Origin: Octopus vulgaris | Lineage: Eukaryota | NCBI GenBank assembly: GCA_951406725.2 | Contig: OX597820.1 | Location: forward strand, 52,452,001-52,516,000 | Length of the DNA stretch: 64,000 bases | Direction: 5' to 3' | In this document: piece by piece, positions 1-14,159 of the stretch | Position numbering within the stretch: the first letter of the stretch is position 1 | Layout: the number at the start of each line of letters is the position of its first letter | Made by a program: the position numbers and the translations under genes | Notes under the pieces: generated by a model | What the model was told of the DNA's origin: nothing | Seen by the model: the letters and a program-made list of their open reading frames with translations, nothing else | Databases searched by the model: none

Positions 1-19
1 ACATACACACACACACATA

Positions 20-296
20 CCTCCTTGTCTTGCACTCTCCTGTCTTTGAAAGAACTTTTTCTTCACCCATTCCCTTCCGGTCATTTCAAGATGTGACCGC
101 GTGTGTATCGTTGGCGATTTTCTTTCTCCGTCTTCCCTTCCTTGGACTTTTCCTTTTTCTATGTTTCTGAGGAAGAGCTCAGGCTCGAAACGTTAAGTCC
201 TCCTTCTTTCTTTCCTTTCCTGAGCGTCCAATATCACTATACGTGTTCCACTTCCTCGCATTTTTGTGTTTTCTCTTTGTTCATGTTTGGATTAAC

Positions 297-300
<4 letters not shown>
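20..300 (+). mobile_element. Penelope-like pLTR remnant carrying a hammerhead motif, flanked by CA/TA microsatellites
   Basis: Contains a hammerhead core at 163-198 and ends directly in (TA)n; PLE pLTRs characteristically carry minimal type-I hammerheads. Confidence 0.55.
163..198 (+). ncRNA. Minimal type-I hammerhead ribozyme motif (stem I partly decayed)
   Basis: gttt-CTGAGGA-a-GAGC(tcag)GCTC-GAAAC-GTT-aag; stem II GAGC/GCTC; palindromic AACGTT stem III. Confidence 0.65.
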
Positions 301-382
<82 letters not shown>

Positions 383-384
<2 letters not shown>

Positions 385-547
385 CGCAGAAGTGGCTGTG
401 TGGTAAGTAGCTTGCTAACCAACCACATGGTTCCGGGTTCAGTCCCACTGCGTGGCATCTTGGGCAAGTGTCTTCTGCTATAGCCCCGGGCCGACCAATG
501 CCTTGTGAGTGGATTTGGTAGACGGAAACTGAAAGAAGCCTGTCGTA

Positions 548-618
<71 letters not shown>

Positions 619-829
619 TTGTGTGTCTGTGTTTGTCCCCCAGCATTACTTGACAACCGATGCTGGTGAGTTTACGTCCCCGTCATTTAGCGGTTCGGCA
701 AAAAAGACCGATAGAATAAGTACTGGGCTTACAAAAGAATAAGTCCCGGGGTTGAGTTGCTCGATTAAAGGCGGTGCTCCAGCATGGCCGCAGTCAAATG
801 ACTGAAACAAGTAAAAGAGTAAAAGAGAG
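383..829 (+). mobile_element. tRNA-headed SINE family A, full length, with internal TA/TG microsatellite
   Basis: A-box-like tggctgtgtgg, B-box-like ggttcagtccc, CORE-like cttgggcaagt, tail gaaacaagtaaaagagtaaaagag; near-identical copies at 39973, 50992 and 53461. Confidence 0.9.
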
Positions 830-1262
830 TATATGCAGAGTAAAAATGAGAGTGAGACAATGTTTATATCTAGTCAAATAAATCTTCCATTCTGTCACAC
901 GCAACATAAGCACAAATAAACACACAGGACACAATCATATACAAGTATGTATGCATGGAAGCGAGGGAGATTCTGCTCGAATTTGATGTATTTCTATGTC
1001 AGTATGTGCATATCTGTGAGTGAATACTTTTACATATTTATCTATCAGCTTCTGCGTGTGTGTGTATGTGTGCATGTTTGAGTGTGTAAAATAGTATTCT
1101 TTCTAACGATTATACACATAGCTAAAGATTATATTTGCTTATATCCCTATACATTCCCTCTCTCTCCCTCCCTTTTCGTCTATCTCTTTCATTCTCTCTC
1201 ACTTTCTCTGCTTCTCCCTGTCTCTTTCCCTCACACGCGTACGCTTACATATGGACTTGCAG

Positions 1263-1307
<45 letters not shown>

Positions 1308-1363
1308 ATATATATGTACACACACATATATATACATATATATATATATATACACATATATAT

Positions 1364-1398
<35 letters not shown>

Positions 1399-1561
1399 CA
1401 CACATTATATGCACACACATACATATATATGCAAAAAGATATATATATATATATACATACATATGTACACACACACGTATATATAGCTGCATATACATGC
1501 ATATAGATACATATATACATATACACATACATATATATGAACATACATCCATGAATATGCA

Positions 1562-1619
<58 letters not shown>

Positions 1620-1734
1620 TACAGAAATATATAAACACAAGTATATATATATATACATATATATGTATGTATGTATGTATGTGTGTGTATGTATGTATGC
1701 ATGTATGTATGTATGTAAGTATTTTTATGTATAT

Positions 1735-2812
1735 GTATCCGTTATGAATTTATTTATATACAACGCTGTCTTTCGAGAGTAAACAGCACCCAACTGTAAT
1801 AGACTGTAGTTAACTTTAATTTCATGCCTGTTGCAAATGAAGTGGAGCATTCCCAAATATATATTTAATGACAATAACACAGACTACCCAAACTTTAATC
1901 TCTCTTACAAAGGAAGTTGTCAAAAACAACAACAAAAACAACACCATCATCACACCACCACGAACAGGAACAGCAGCTACAGCAACAGCAAATAACGTTC
2001 TCGTTCGTTCTTACGTGATTTTGTTTTTATTACTGTTGCATTTATATGAATCTTTCTTACTGCCGGGATTTTCTTTTTTGTGTATGTGTGTGTGAAAGGA
2101 AGTTTTCCAAATGGTAGAACTTAAACTTAGAGAGAAATAATAGTTTTCTTTGCTATAACCAGAGCGTATTCACATTTTTTTTAACCGACTGGGATAAAGT
2201 TGTGTGTTCTAATATATTACGGGTTCTAATTAAGAGTATAAAACAGAAAGAAAAAAATACATTGAAAGCATTTATGTGATATATTTTTTTAAATGATTAA
2301 CCTTGTTAATTTATTCGTCTGATTAAATGATACAAGTTGTGTGTCTTTTTTCTTTTTTTCTATTTTTATTTTGTTGCATTCTCCTGTTTCAGTACTAATA
2401 GAGCAAACTTCTTCAGACAAGTTTTTACCTAGTTCAACGATATCTTACGTATAAAATATATCCTTTTCTGCGAAGATGGTAGCGTGATATTTGCGACAGA
2501 TCTCGCTGTCTCTTTTAAAAGCGCAATCAGCTGAATAGATGTACTCTCCTCATTTGAATATGTTCCGATAAATAAAGCTGGAAACGAAGACTCCATGGAA
2601 ATGAAGACTTTATGGCAGTCTGAAATATCTTCGTTATTTGTTGTATGTATGTATGTATGTATGTATGTATGTATGTATGTATGTATGTATGTATGTATGT
2701 ATGTATGTATGTATGTATGTATGTATGTATGTATGAGTATCCATTATGAATTTATTTATATACAACATTCTCTTTCGAGAGTAAACAACTCCCAACTGTA
2801 ACAAACTGTAGT
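1735..2812 (+). repeat. Diverged ~75-bp direct repeat (1735-1810 and 2737-2812), each copy following a (TATG)n tract
   Basis: Shared gtatcc-ttatgaatttattta...tctttcgagagtaaaca...cccaactgtaa...actgtagt. Confidence 0.8.
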
Positions 2813-3599
2813 AAGGTCACGATGATCTAGATATAAAGAGATTCGTAAGATTTTGAAGTTATACTTCATTCAATCAACATTACCGTTGTGGTTTAGAGAG
2901 AAAACATCGTATTCGATGCCAATATGCATTCATTTTTAGTATTCGGAATAAATAATTGAATATATTGTAATTTGTTGCTGAAGTTTTCCTCATAGATAGC
3001 TAAAAATAAAGACATGGCAATTAAAACATATCTTACTCATACTTGATGCCGAAATACTTAAGATAATATCTTACTCTGAGCTGCCAAATAATGCATGATG
3101 TAGAAAAGCTAATAGAAGAAAAAAACGAGATTAGGTAAGGAACATACAGTCAATAAGAGTCACTTCATATCCATTGGACTGAGTACTGATGTAATTGGCT
3201 GCGGCTTAACGCAAGTCAGACGGTGTGAAACTGTAGAAATACACAGATTATTAGAAAAAATAAACGAAAGTGGTTTTGTTCTACCTGTCACACACAAATG
3301 AAAAATAATAAGAAAAAAACAGCACTATCAATAGGATGACCATTAAGTTTATTTGCCCAGCATATGCAAGGACACTTATATCCGAAATAGCTTTGCACAT
3401 GCATTTCACTTCTAGATGATAACATTAGGTTTGTATCATCAGCAGTTGATGGCTTAGAACAAAATAAAATCCGATTCTTTAAAATAGATAATCAAAAAAG
3501 CCGAAGATCGTATTTAGTCATAATACTATAAGTAGCGATCTTGACGAACACTTTACAATTTGGAAAATGTACACAATTTGTTTTAAGTCCAAAAGTTTA

Positions 3600-3990
3600 G
3601 ACAGAGCGTAAGGTATTGGATTAGTGCTTAAAAAAATTCACTTCAAAACCACGCAGATACAGGTTCAATCCCTCTACATCGCACCAAGAGACTTCAACTA
3701 TAGCTTATGGCAAACTAATGTATTGGTAACAATTTGGAAGACGGAAGCGTTATCGAAGCCTGTCGTACGTGTATGTGTGTTTGCATTTGTGTTTGCTTCA
3801 CACAAATTAAAAGTAAAGATTTGTTTGTCAGTGTCCCTATAACAGCGGTTCCGCAAAAAGAAAACGATGGTGTAAGGACTAGGCTTAAAATAAACACTTG
3901 GCGATTTGATCGACTCACGCCCTTCAAGACTTTGTCCCAGCATGACCACAGTCGAGCTAATAAAACAAGTAAAAGATTAAAAGAGTAAAA
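3600..3990 (+). mobile_element. SINE family A, old diverged copy
   Basis: ggttcaatccc B-box, gacggaagc...gaagcctgtcgt, ccagcatgaccacagtc...aaacaagtaaaagattaaaagag tail. Confidence 0.7.
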
Positions 3991-4811
3991 TAATACATAG
4001 AGCACAGCTACGGTTAGAACAGCAGTAAACTGATTCCTAGAAATACTACTTACATTCCATATATCTACTCAGCAGAACCGATACGGGCTACTACATCACA
4101 AGAAAGTGGTAAGGATGAAAAGAAAACGTTCATCTCAGTAAGAATTTGAAATCAAATGTTTCAGCCACACAGCGAGATGCCATGCTACATATAATTTCAG
4201 CCTATAATAAAAAAAAATGTTTCACCAAAATGAGAAATTCTAGATCAGCACAACATAAACTCAGTTCTATTTCTTTTGAATGTGTAATTGATCCATCTCA
4301 ACGCAGCGTGTAGAAGCTACTTGTTTCATCAAGAACCAAAGAAAGAAAGGGTGTGGCAACTTCGGCGAAAACGAACTGAATTTGTTACCGTATTTTCAGT
4401 AAATTGCCCAAATCATTTATCCATTCTGGGTTCGATTCTGGCTCTATCAATCTAATTAAAATGTCCCATTCCTAACAATTTATTTCCTTGTTTCTTGAAA
4501 TATTGCGCAAGGGTTTCCAAGTCTCAGGTTTTAGTAATAGGTAAATATTTTCTTATTCCAATATTCATACAAAAATAGATATAAGAGATTGTTCGATGAC
4601 TTTGATTTGTAACAAATCACATCGCCAGAATTTTAGCCTATATATTATGACATTTACTGCCGTAAGTTAGGCTACAATTATGTTTGGTCATACACATATA
4701 TACGTATACAAATATATACACACAGACTCAAGTATACAGAAACAAAAACACATACACACACGCGCACGCATGCAGGAACGAACGCACGCACACACACACG
4801 CACACAAAAGC

Positions 4812-4850
<39 letters not shown>

Positions 4851-4879
4851 ATCCAAGAATACTATATATATCATGTGTA

Positions 4880-5410
4880 TCTTTTTCCAGATTGGCGGCG
4901 ATGACCAGATGACGTCCCATATTTCACATCACTTCGACAAGGACTTTACAGAGTCTGTAAATCGTAGTCTTGGTTTCTGCTGAGAGTGATTTCCCAAACA
5001 ATTTCGCCATATAACATCTGTATAAGAATCCTCCGATAATGCATCCGAAAAAGGTGTTCAGTCACATGTAAAAGGTTCATGTGCACCATTGCTTGTAACC
5101 TCAGGACACTGGAACTCCTCAAAGCGTTTGCATCTGGAGTCTGCAAGAAACCGCCAACATGCAGGATGTGTTTCAGACATTTCCGATTAAAACTTTCAAG
5201 CATACAACAGGTCCGTTGTTTCACTCGAATAAAGGAGAGACGTCAGTATAGACACATGGTACACAGCAACTTTTTTTCATTTTGTGTTACTATGTTGGAA
5301 CCACATAAAAGACTCAAGATCTCTGAAGGAATCAGTTGCCTCATATAACCGTAAAGATAGTTTATCATCCAAAGAGCAAGTGTGCAGCCCAGGTAGACAA
5401 ACTGGCTTAT
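4880..5410 (-). pseudogene. RTE-clade LINE ORF C-terminal fragment (decayed)
   Basis: Minus-strand translations FVYLGCTL, SILTSLLYSSET, LESFNRKCLKHIL, HLFRMHYRRILIQMLYGEI resemble RTE/BovB FxYLGS, LLYGxETW, LERFHQRCLRxIL, HVxRMxxxRLPKxxLYGEL; frameshifted. Confidence 0.8.
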
Positions 5411-5648
5411 CACTTTCATTTGTTAGGCACAATTTAAGCAAGCTTCTCTAAAACACCCTACCAATGTATTAAATTGGAGAAGCTTGTTCAGCAATATCTG
5501 TGGATGTGTATGGCTATCAAGAATTTGGTTTATTATTCACCTATGGAACAAGTTTATAGATTAAATTTGTCGAAGGAAACAATACTCTTAATGGTATGTA
5601 GATAGCCATCAGGTATATCAAAGTATTTTATATATACACATGAGAACT

Positions 5649-5715
<67 letters not shown>

Positions 5716-5723
5716 GTACATAC

Positions 5724-5793
<70 letters not shown>

Positions 5794-6278
5794 CAAGCAG
5801 CACTCAAGTGAGTGGTGAATACTGAAATCATGTAAAGGAGCGTTTCCTTTCATGAGCGTATGTTTCACCAAAAACGAAAATCAATCCAGAGGGCTTACTT
5901 TTATAGAGGAGTATAAACAAGTGAAGAATGCAATGGCTCGCATTAGATTTATACCATTGTTTACAATTCTTTCAACAACGCAATAGTAACAAATTAAATA
6001 CCATATATTTAGATAGCTGGGAACAATGGTACACGTGCCAGCGGGGATGGGGTGCATCGAACACGCAACTTTACAATCGTGAGCCGTATACCCTCATCAC
6101 TAGACCAAACTCCTTCACAACAAATGCATTAAATCACAGGGTAGCTGGCATAAGCCAGCTATCGGAGGTCTAATGTGCGAGGCTTACGAAATACCTCTAA
6201 GCTGCGTTAACAATTCCATTGATTCCATAGGGTAGTTAATAACTTCTTGCATCAAGGAAACAGAAAATCATAGTAGAA

Positions 6279-6509
6279 GGCGGCAAACTTGCAGAAACGT
6301 TAGCACGCCGGGCGAAATGCTTAGCGGTATTTCGTCTGCCGCCACCTTCAGAGTTCAAATTCCGCCGAGGTGGATTTTTCCTTTCATCCTTTCGGGATTG
6401 ATTAAATAAGTACCAGTTACGCACTGGGGTCGATATAATCGACTAAATCCGCTTGTCTCTCCTTGTTTGTCCCTATGTGTGTAGCCCCTTGTGATCAGTA
6501 AAGAAATAT
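6279..6509 (+). mobile_element. SINE family B
   Basis: ggcggc...cagaaacgttagcacgccgggcgaaatgc...gagttcaaattcc B-box, cctttcatcctttcggg central domain, tail gtaaagaaata; matches the 23626 and 33012 copies. Confidence 0.85.
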
Positions 6510-7242
6510 GAAAACCATAGTCGCCAGGATAAAGAACTGGGTAGAAAAGCAGAGAGAGCTACATTACGTCTGCTGGAAACAAAGAGATCTTTCGTTGGAT
6601 AATAAAGTGCTTTCGCAATAAGTTCGACGCTGCAGTGTAGAGAGATACGAGCAGCGACTGCAGTGGATGAGCAAAAGTGAAGAAGAAGCCCGCACAAAAG
6701 AAATCATATGTAGTACACAAGAGGCTTGTGTGCGAAGGCCGTTGGTATAGACATTACATTAGTCCAACTCCAAACTGAAAAGAGTATAACTGTTAAATAT
6801 CTCATATGCATGGGGTGAAGTGTTTGAAATATGGAAGTGAATATTTCGGAACTGTGTATTGAAATTGCATCATCAGCCTATCCCTGCTTCAGATTATTTA
6901 GCCAGTTGCAAACGTTGTTATCGTAAATATGAGAAATGTTTGGAATAGGAAGAAGAAAATGGAAGAAGAAAATCTTTGAAATAATCAGAGTTAGTTGTGA
7001 GTGGAACTGTTAAGGAAAAGAAATTTTAATATGAGGGTGTTTGTATATTTATATATGTAATAATATATATATAGGAAGTGCGAACTAACGTTACAGTATA
7101 CGAATTAATTAATAATACTAAACAAAATAGTATTTCTATCCTCAATGAATATGCTTATGTGTGTGAGTGTGTATGTGAGGATAGAGAGACAGAGAGTGCA
7201 CTAAACGAGTGTTTATTTCTCTTTGCTCACATATATAGACAT

Positions 7243-7294
<52 letters not shown>

Positions 7295-7751
7295 ACATAT
7301 ATATAGGGGTGTGAGGATGTCTCGGAGTATGAGTGTGTACGAGAAAGCGTCCCATGTAAAACTTATTCATACACTCTAGAGAATTAGTTCGTAGTTTACT
7401 TTTTCTTCCGAAACTTAACATGTCAAACAACAACATACGAAGGGTTGGGTAACCGTGAAGTCAAACCAACATACTGTCTTACCACAAAACATGATTATTA
7501 TGGTTTAGTTTGTCTTGTCCTTTTTCTCATTTTCTTTGTCACTCTCTCCCTCTCTCTTTCCTTTTCTCTCATTCTCCCGCTCTAGATTTCACTCTCTCTC
7601 TCACCCTGGCTCCACTCCCTTTCCTATGCGTGTGTGTCTCTTGTGGGTGCGAGGGGATATGTTTACATATGTGCGTCGATAACTATAGAGACATGTATAT
7701 GCATGCATGTGTTTATTATCATATTTACATGTTTGTGTATGTATATGCTTA

Positions 7752-7795
<44 letters not shown>

Positions 7796-7814
7796 AGGTT
7801 TGAAAACGCCACTA

Positions 7815-8029
7815 TATAAGATAAATTTTTATTTTCTTAGAGGCTTTACACGTGGTGGTGTTTTCTTGGCTGTAATCGTGAAAGTGACCGTTGGCCGTTA
7901 TTACGGCCAACGGTCACTTTCACGATTATAGCCAATGATTCTAGTCAACGCATAAGACAGCCATTATGCTTCCCACCACAAAAACACCACCACATGGACT
8001 CTCTTGAGACGAGTAAGAAACAATTATGA

Positions 8030-8036
<7 letters not shown>
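7815..8036. mobile_element. Foldback/MITE-like palindromic element between TA tracts
   Basis: 33-bp arms 7866-7898 / 7903-7935 with one mismatch, plus outer IR cacgtggtggtgtttt / aaaacaccaccacatg. Confidence 0.65.
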
Positions 8037-8085
<49 letters not shown>

Positions 8086-8631
8086 CTCAGCTCTCTACTC
8101 CATCTCTCTTTACCTTCCTCTTCCTGTATTTGTTTCCATGAAAGGCCACTAGACTCTCCGAACAGCCTGCAATACCCACTCGGAAATCGACGATCTTTTC
8201 TCGGGCTCTCGGGGTTCACTCATTGAAGAATCCATGCAAGTCTAAGGACAGATTCTAGTGACCCTCATTGGTTCAAACTATATTTATTGATAATATATAC
8301 TTGTTTTTTGGGTTTTTTTCTTTAAGGCGGCGAGCAGATAGAATCGTTTGTACTCCGGACAAAATTCTTGGTGGAATTAGGTTCCGAGTTAAAGTTCCGA
8401 TAACGTCTGTCTTAGCTTTCGTTCTTTCATGGTCGAGAAACTAAGTACCAGTTGAGTACTATAGTCGATGTAACTGACTTACCTATTCCTCAGAAAGTGT
8501 AGGCCTTGGGCCAAAATTTGAAATCAATATCCTGAATTTCATGAGAGTGTGAATTTCTTAGTGCGTATACATAATCACATAGATGAAGGCAATTGTGTGT
8601 GTGTAAGCAAAGGCAAGAGACATAAAAATGG

Positions 8632-8825
8632 TATTGGGTTGTCCGGAAAGTTCATGCCGAGTTATAGTAGCTTACCTTTCGACTTATATTAGAACATGGT
8701 TGAGTCCATAAAATAGGATATGACTACACCTCCATTTAGAGCTTAGTTTAAGCTGCCTTTTCGTGGAAGAAGGTTTATGTTCCTTAACCTGTGTTAATTC
8801 TGTAACCCTTTAAAATGAAAGTTAT
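8632..8825 (+). mobile_element. Mariner-like transposon 5' end (TIR plus leader), truncated by a microsatellite
   Basis: TA-ttgggttgtccggaaagttc resembles mariner TIRs; no transposase remains. Confidence 0.5.
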
Positions 8826-10083
8826 ATATATATATGTATGTATGTGTGTATGTATGTATGTATGTATGTATGTATGTATGTATGTATGTATGTATGTATG
8901 TATGTATGTATGTATGTATGTATGTATGTATGTATGTATATATGTATGTATGTAATCCAAAACCAATTTATGATGCTACTTCTATTGTTTTAAATGTTGT
9001 ATACGAATATATTACGAAATAATGTGAAATAACGCGGGAAGAAAATCGAAAACACCTTTTTTTATACACACATATATCAATGATTACAGTTTACTCTCAC
9101 ATATTATTTTAAGGCACATAACATTAAGTGTTGCAGTATAAGTACAGAGAATTTTGGAAATGAGCGGTAGTCGCCCAGCTTCATTACTTCTTGTTCGTGA
9201 ATTGAGAGCTGGCTTGTTCATACTATTGAGGACTGCTGGCAATTATGTTTGCTTATATTATTTCTAATTGTCTGTGACGAAAGTGATTGAACGAATGATT
9301 CTATATCTAAGTTTATGGTGTGTGCCGTGATGGAATAACGACATGTTTCATCGTAGTGAAATTTTATAGGCTTATTTGCTTCTATAATTCGTGCATGTTT
9401 CAAAGTTTATGGTAAATTTAGACGTTGGCTAATGTCCACATTTTCATGGGAACTGGCAAACTACGTTTATTAATTTTGCCCCCAGAGCTTATATTACAAT
9501 AAATTATTTTCATTATGCCAAGGATATTGGTGTATGGTGTTTTGATAATATATTTGGAAAATGTGACTGTCAGAGAAGTTTACCTATAAAGAGTTCGATT
9601 TGGTGCTATTTTTAACATATCAGTTTTCTTTAGTGTAAACTAAGGGACATGAAATTAAATTAGGATCTATGGATAATGAATTACAAACAATTAGCGCTAT
9701 GGAATAGGTGATGAATAAGAGGCTGAGGACAATGGAGATGCTTGTGCCTCCATTTTTTTTTTATTTCATGAAAAGATGGTAGTCAAATATGTAAACGATG
9801 ATTGAGGCAGTTGTAGAAGTGATAGCAAAAGCTGAGAAGCTGTGAATATGTGAATATGAATGTCTTTATGATGATGATTCTGATACTGAAAATGAGAGTA
9901 GTGGAGTATTATGATCTGAGTTGTGCAATTGATGTTGAAGATAATAATAGTAATACATGCACATTCATGCATACACACACGCATGTGAAGATATTTATGC
10001 ATGTATGTTTATCTTTATACATTCTCTCACTCATTCATACAGCACATGTCGAACATACACATATAGCTAGTTAGTAAGTTAGT

Positions 10084-10251
<168 letters not shown>

Positions 10252-10623
10252 CTGACAGACAGGTATACACAAACACACAGACATACTTGCATGCATACAT
10301 ATTAAAATTATCATGTCCAATGCGGCTTGTGTAATGCCATGTATGAGCAAACATTAACACACTGAAAATATTGATGTATGACATTTTATAATGAAATAAA
10401 ATAAGTTAAAACCTCAAGATTATTTCGCAAGATGAATATATTAATGAATTAATATATTTTAAAATCGCACTAGATCTAGAGCGTTTTAAATGCTGAGGTG
10501 TAAAGTAATTCTCTTTGTCTATCAAATAGATGAATGACTTCAAGCACTTATTAAATATGATGACTATAAGCACATATGCGCATATGTGTGTGTTTGTGTG
10601 TTTGTGTGTATATGTGTGTGAGT

Positions 10624-10700
<77 letters not shown>

Positions 10701-10784
10701 TGAGTGTGTGTGTGTGTGAACAGCTAAATGAATGTGAATGAGGAATAGCCGCACAGGCAAAGGCATTGTATAAAGAGATGCATA

Positions 10785-10990
10785 CGAGGCAGGTGCTGAA
10801 AAGCGTCTCACGATAGGCGTGGTTGGAGGCCCAACATTCTGTGTTTTCTTTTACAGGGCTTAGAAAATTGAAGGCCTGTTGCAATAAATGTATGAATCTG
10901 ATAGGAGAATATTTTGAAAAAAAATAATAATTAACCGATCCTCCTGTTTTCTCTTTTACTCAAAGCCACGAACTTTTCAGCGCCCCCTTT
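10785..10990. mobile_element. Mariner-derived MITE (degenerate)
   Basis: TA-cgaggcaggtgctgaaaag ... cttttcagcgccccc...TA imperfect terminal inverted repeats. Confidence 0.55.
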
Positions 10991-11270
10991 TATATAAGGA
11001 AAATACTGCGGATTACATATAACGATATAACTTACAATCGAAGTATATAATTCATGTTAAACGAAATGTGGATTTTGTGAGCGGATTAGATTATGTAGAG
11101 TAAATCTAAGGTGTATATAAGCGTGAAGTATATTACGGGCATGTGTACAGAGTGACAGAAACGAAGATGCAGAAACGAAAATGTACACGAGAGAAATATA
11201 AGATGCAGATGTGTGATAGAAAACCCATGCACAATCGTATTCTGCGTGTTGTTTCAAGAATTTTATTGAA

Positions 11271-11599
11271 AGCGCGTGGCTTAATGGTTAGGGTATTCGA
11301 CTGACGATCGTATGGTCGTGTGTTCGATACCAGCCAGTGCGTTGTGTCCTTAGGCACGACACTTTATTTCACATTGCACCAGTCCACTCAGCTGGCAAAA
11401 ATAAGTTGAAACTGTATTTTAAAGGACCAGTCTTATCACATTTTGTGTCACGCTGAATCACCCTGAAAACTATGTTAATAATATGCTTGTGGAGTGAAGC
11501 ACTCAGCCATTTGCAAGTTAATTTGAGGAGCAGGTTGTTCCATTGGAACAACTGGAACCCTCAACTGGAACCCTCACTGTTGGAAACGACGGAGTGTCA
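11271..11599 (+). mobile_element. tRNA-headed CORE-like SINE family C
   Basis: gtggcttaatggttagg A-box, gttcgatacc B-box, tgtgtccttaggcacgacacttta CORE-like segment; homologous copy at 30445-30767. Confidence 0.8.
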
Positions 11600-12559
11600 G
11601 TTTTTCAAGAACTGTAGAATAAACTACTTTTGGTGAAGGCATGATGAAATCAGCTCCAGTTTAGACGTTAATAGATTCAGATGTGTGAATATAATGAAAT
11701 TTATTCTATAATCAGCAGATGTAGCACATGTTCCCATTGATCTGAGCAGGAGCGAATTTGATAAAATATTATTTAATTTCATTTTTGGAGATGATTTGCC
11801 TTTTGACCTCTAGATTTATTTCGAAAGCGTGGGTGCTGATCTTTTATTTTCATGTCTAAATGAGTGTGCATGCTCATTATATAAAGCTTTGAAGGAGATC
11901 TCGGTAAAATGTGTGTAGTTTTTAGTGTTAATGCTATCATTGGTGGAAACCTTCATACTAGACACAAAACCATTACTGAAAACATTCACTGTATGTGTGC
12001 GTTTGTGCGTTTGTGTGTGTGTGGGTGTTTGTGTATGTGTGTATGTGTGTGTGTGTGTGTGTATGCGTAGTACCTTGCTGTTGTGTGCAGGGCTCCACGT
12101 AGATTTTCATGTTCCTTTTTCTTTCAAGTCCAGTGGTTAAATAACTACCGTACTTAGTATTACTAGTTGTTAAATACAGAGCAAATGTAAAAAAAATTAA
12201 GATAAATACGAGTTCATATCAATAGTTTCTACATACATTTCACCATTCTGGTTGCTGAAAACACTCCATCCAAATCCACTGAGAATAACGAATGAAGGGA
12301 TCCAAGAAGCCAGAAAGCTCAAACACAGGTAGGAAATAATGATATAAACTCAGATTTCTGGTATTCAGAATCAAAGAACATGTACGGTGTGCGCAAACGA
12401 AATAAATAAGACGGAAAGCATATTGTAGTCTCATTAGGTTAATATTTAAGCAAATGTAAATCATAAGATTAATTGATAGGTAGTAATACTCTCGCTCATG
12501 CAATAAGTTATAATGATTATATCTAAGTAATAGTTGTAGAATTCGTATCTGAAGCTGTG

Positions 12560-13090
12560 TGAATTACTGGACATTAGGTAAGAAACTTAGAATAATGTAA
12601 AAAAAGAATGGCATTTAGAAACGTTGCACCGAAAAATAATAAAATTGTTACCAGTTCAAATATGCTTGATACATATAACCCATAAAAAATACTACTCACT
12701 GCGTTTTCTCATGGAGAAAAATTGTCACTGTAGACAAATAGGTGTAAACACATCGAGTTAGTTTGGCGCGCTATCTACGCTCTCTACCAACATCGATAGA
12801 AGCATGCATTTCGGAGTGGTTATCTCGTCTTCAGCATCGAACACTGCAAATGATAACTCTGCGAACAATCAATGAAAGACTAGCTCTCTCCTATTATATT
12901 CCAGTACCGTAACTGATGCGCTAATCGGCAGTCCGGACATAATAAAATACGGATTAGAAGTGCTAAGCAATAATGTGTGCCAATAAAAACTTGCTACCAG
13001 TTCAAATATACTTGAGACATATTCGAACCCGTATGAATGTCATTGACTGGATTTTATCATGGAGCAAAATTCTCGCTGTAGACAAATTAT
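12560..13090 (-). mobile_element. Decayed PLE-like partial tandem pLTR with hammerhead remnant
   Basis: Diverged ~100-bp direct repeats (~12637-12740, ~12982-13087) flank a minus-strand hammerhead core at 12793-12840. Confidence 0.5.
12793..12840 (-). ncRNA. Hammerhead ribozyme motif (degenerate)
   Basis: Minus strand: tcgatg-CTGAAGA-c-gag(ataacca)ctc-c-GAAA-tgcatgc-TTC-tatcga; 6-bp stem I with one G-U; palindromic stem III. Confidence 0.55.
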
Positions 13091-13735
13091 ATCTCCTAAG
13101 AATACAGGGTGGTCTATTTTCAGTAAAATATTAATGTAAAGTAACTACTATAGGACAACAAAAATATTTTCGCAAAGAATACGGAAAACTAATACAAATA
13201 ACTATAAACTATGTAGACACACTAAACAATTGTTAACTGTCTTCAAGGAAGGAGAAAAAAAATTATATTTACATATAAAACAGAGAACACGGTAACAGAC
13301 AGCTGCGGGGAAAATAAGAAACAAGAGAAAGCATTAACAAACGACAAACTAAACTTAAAAATGGGTTAGAGATTTATACTACAATGTTTGACAACAAAAC
13401 TCCCAATACACTAACATCGCGATTACCTGATGCTGCAAAGCTCAAGTAGATAACAAATAACCTTACATCTGCTCAGAAATGCGGGACACAGAGCTGTAGA
13501 CTAGAATTTTTGTTTGTTTGTTTTTTATATTATTACTCTGAAGAACTAAAAGATGCGAGAACTATAGTATAAAGCAGGCAGCAAGATGTAGACGGACAAT
13601 ATGAGATGCTTATGAAGAAACAATCATATTCTCCTACTAACTGCGTATGCTTATGTGAATGTATGTGTGTGTGTGTGTGTGTGAGTGTGTGTGTGAGTGT
13701 TTGTGTATGTGTGTATATGTATGTATATATATGTA

Positions 13736-13784
<49 letters not shown>

Positions 13785-14159
13785 GTATATATATATATGT
13801 GTGTGTGTGTATGTGTGTGTAAGTATATATATATATATGTATGTATTATGTATATATAAAAACACATGTATGTGCGAGTATGTGTGTACGTGTATCCAAC
13901 AGACATCTCTTTTAATCGAAGACGAAAAGGGCATGCATTGTGTACCATGCTTTTGCTAATGCTCTCCATCTCCATATATTTAGATGGAGATAAAAAAAAT
14001 CTTCTTGCACCTTCCACACAGTGATACATCCAGGTTTTCCCATACCAAATAACGCAAGGTATTGATCTCAGCAGTATTTGACCTCACACATTATAGAGCG
14101 TGAATGAATATCGCAGTACAGCAACTGGATCACCCACACGTAACATCACATACACACAC

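Noticed and set aside
383-460. tRNA genes at SINE heads
   Set aside because: A/B boxes are present but no complete cloverleaf is evident; they continue into multi-copy SINE bodies
9335-9378. Minus-strand GAAACATGTC hammerhead-like end; similar weak cases near 5540-5620 and 43000-43042
   Set aside because: The CUGANGA box or the stems are too degenerate to call
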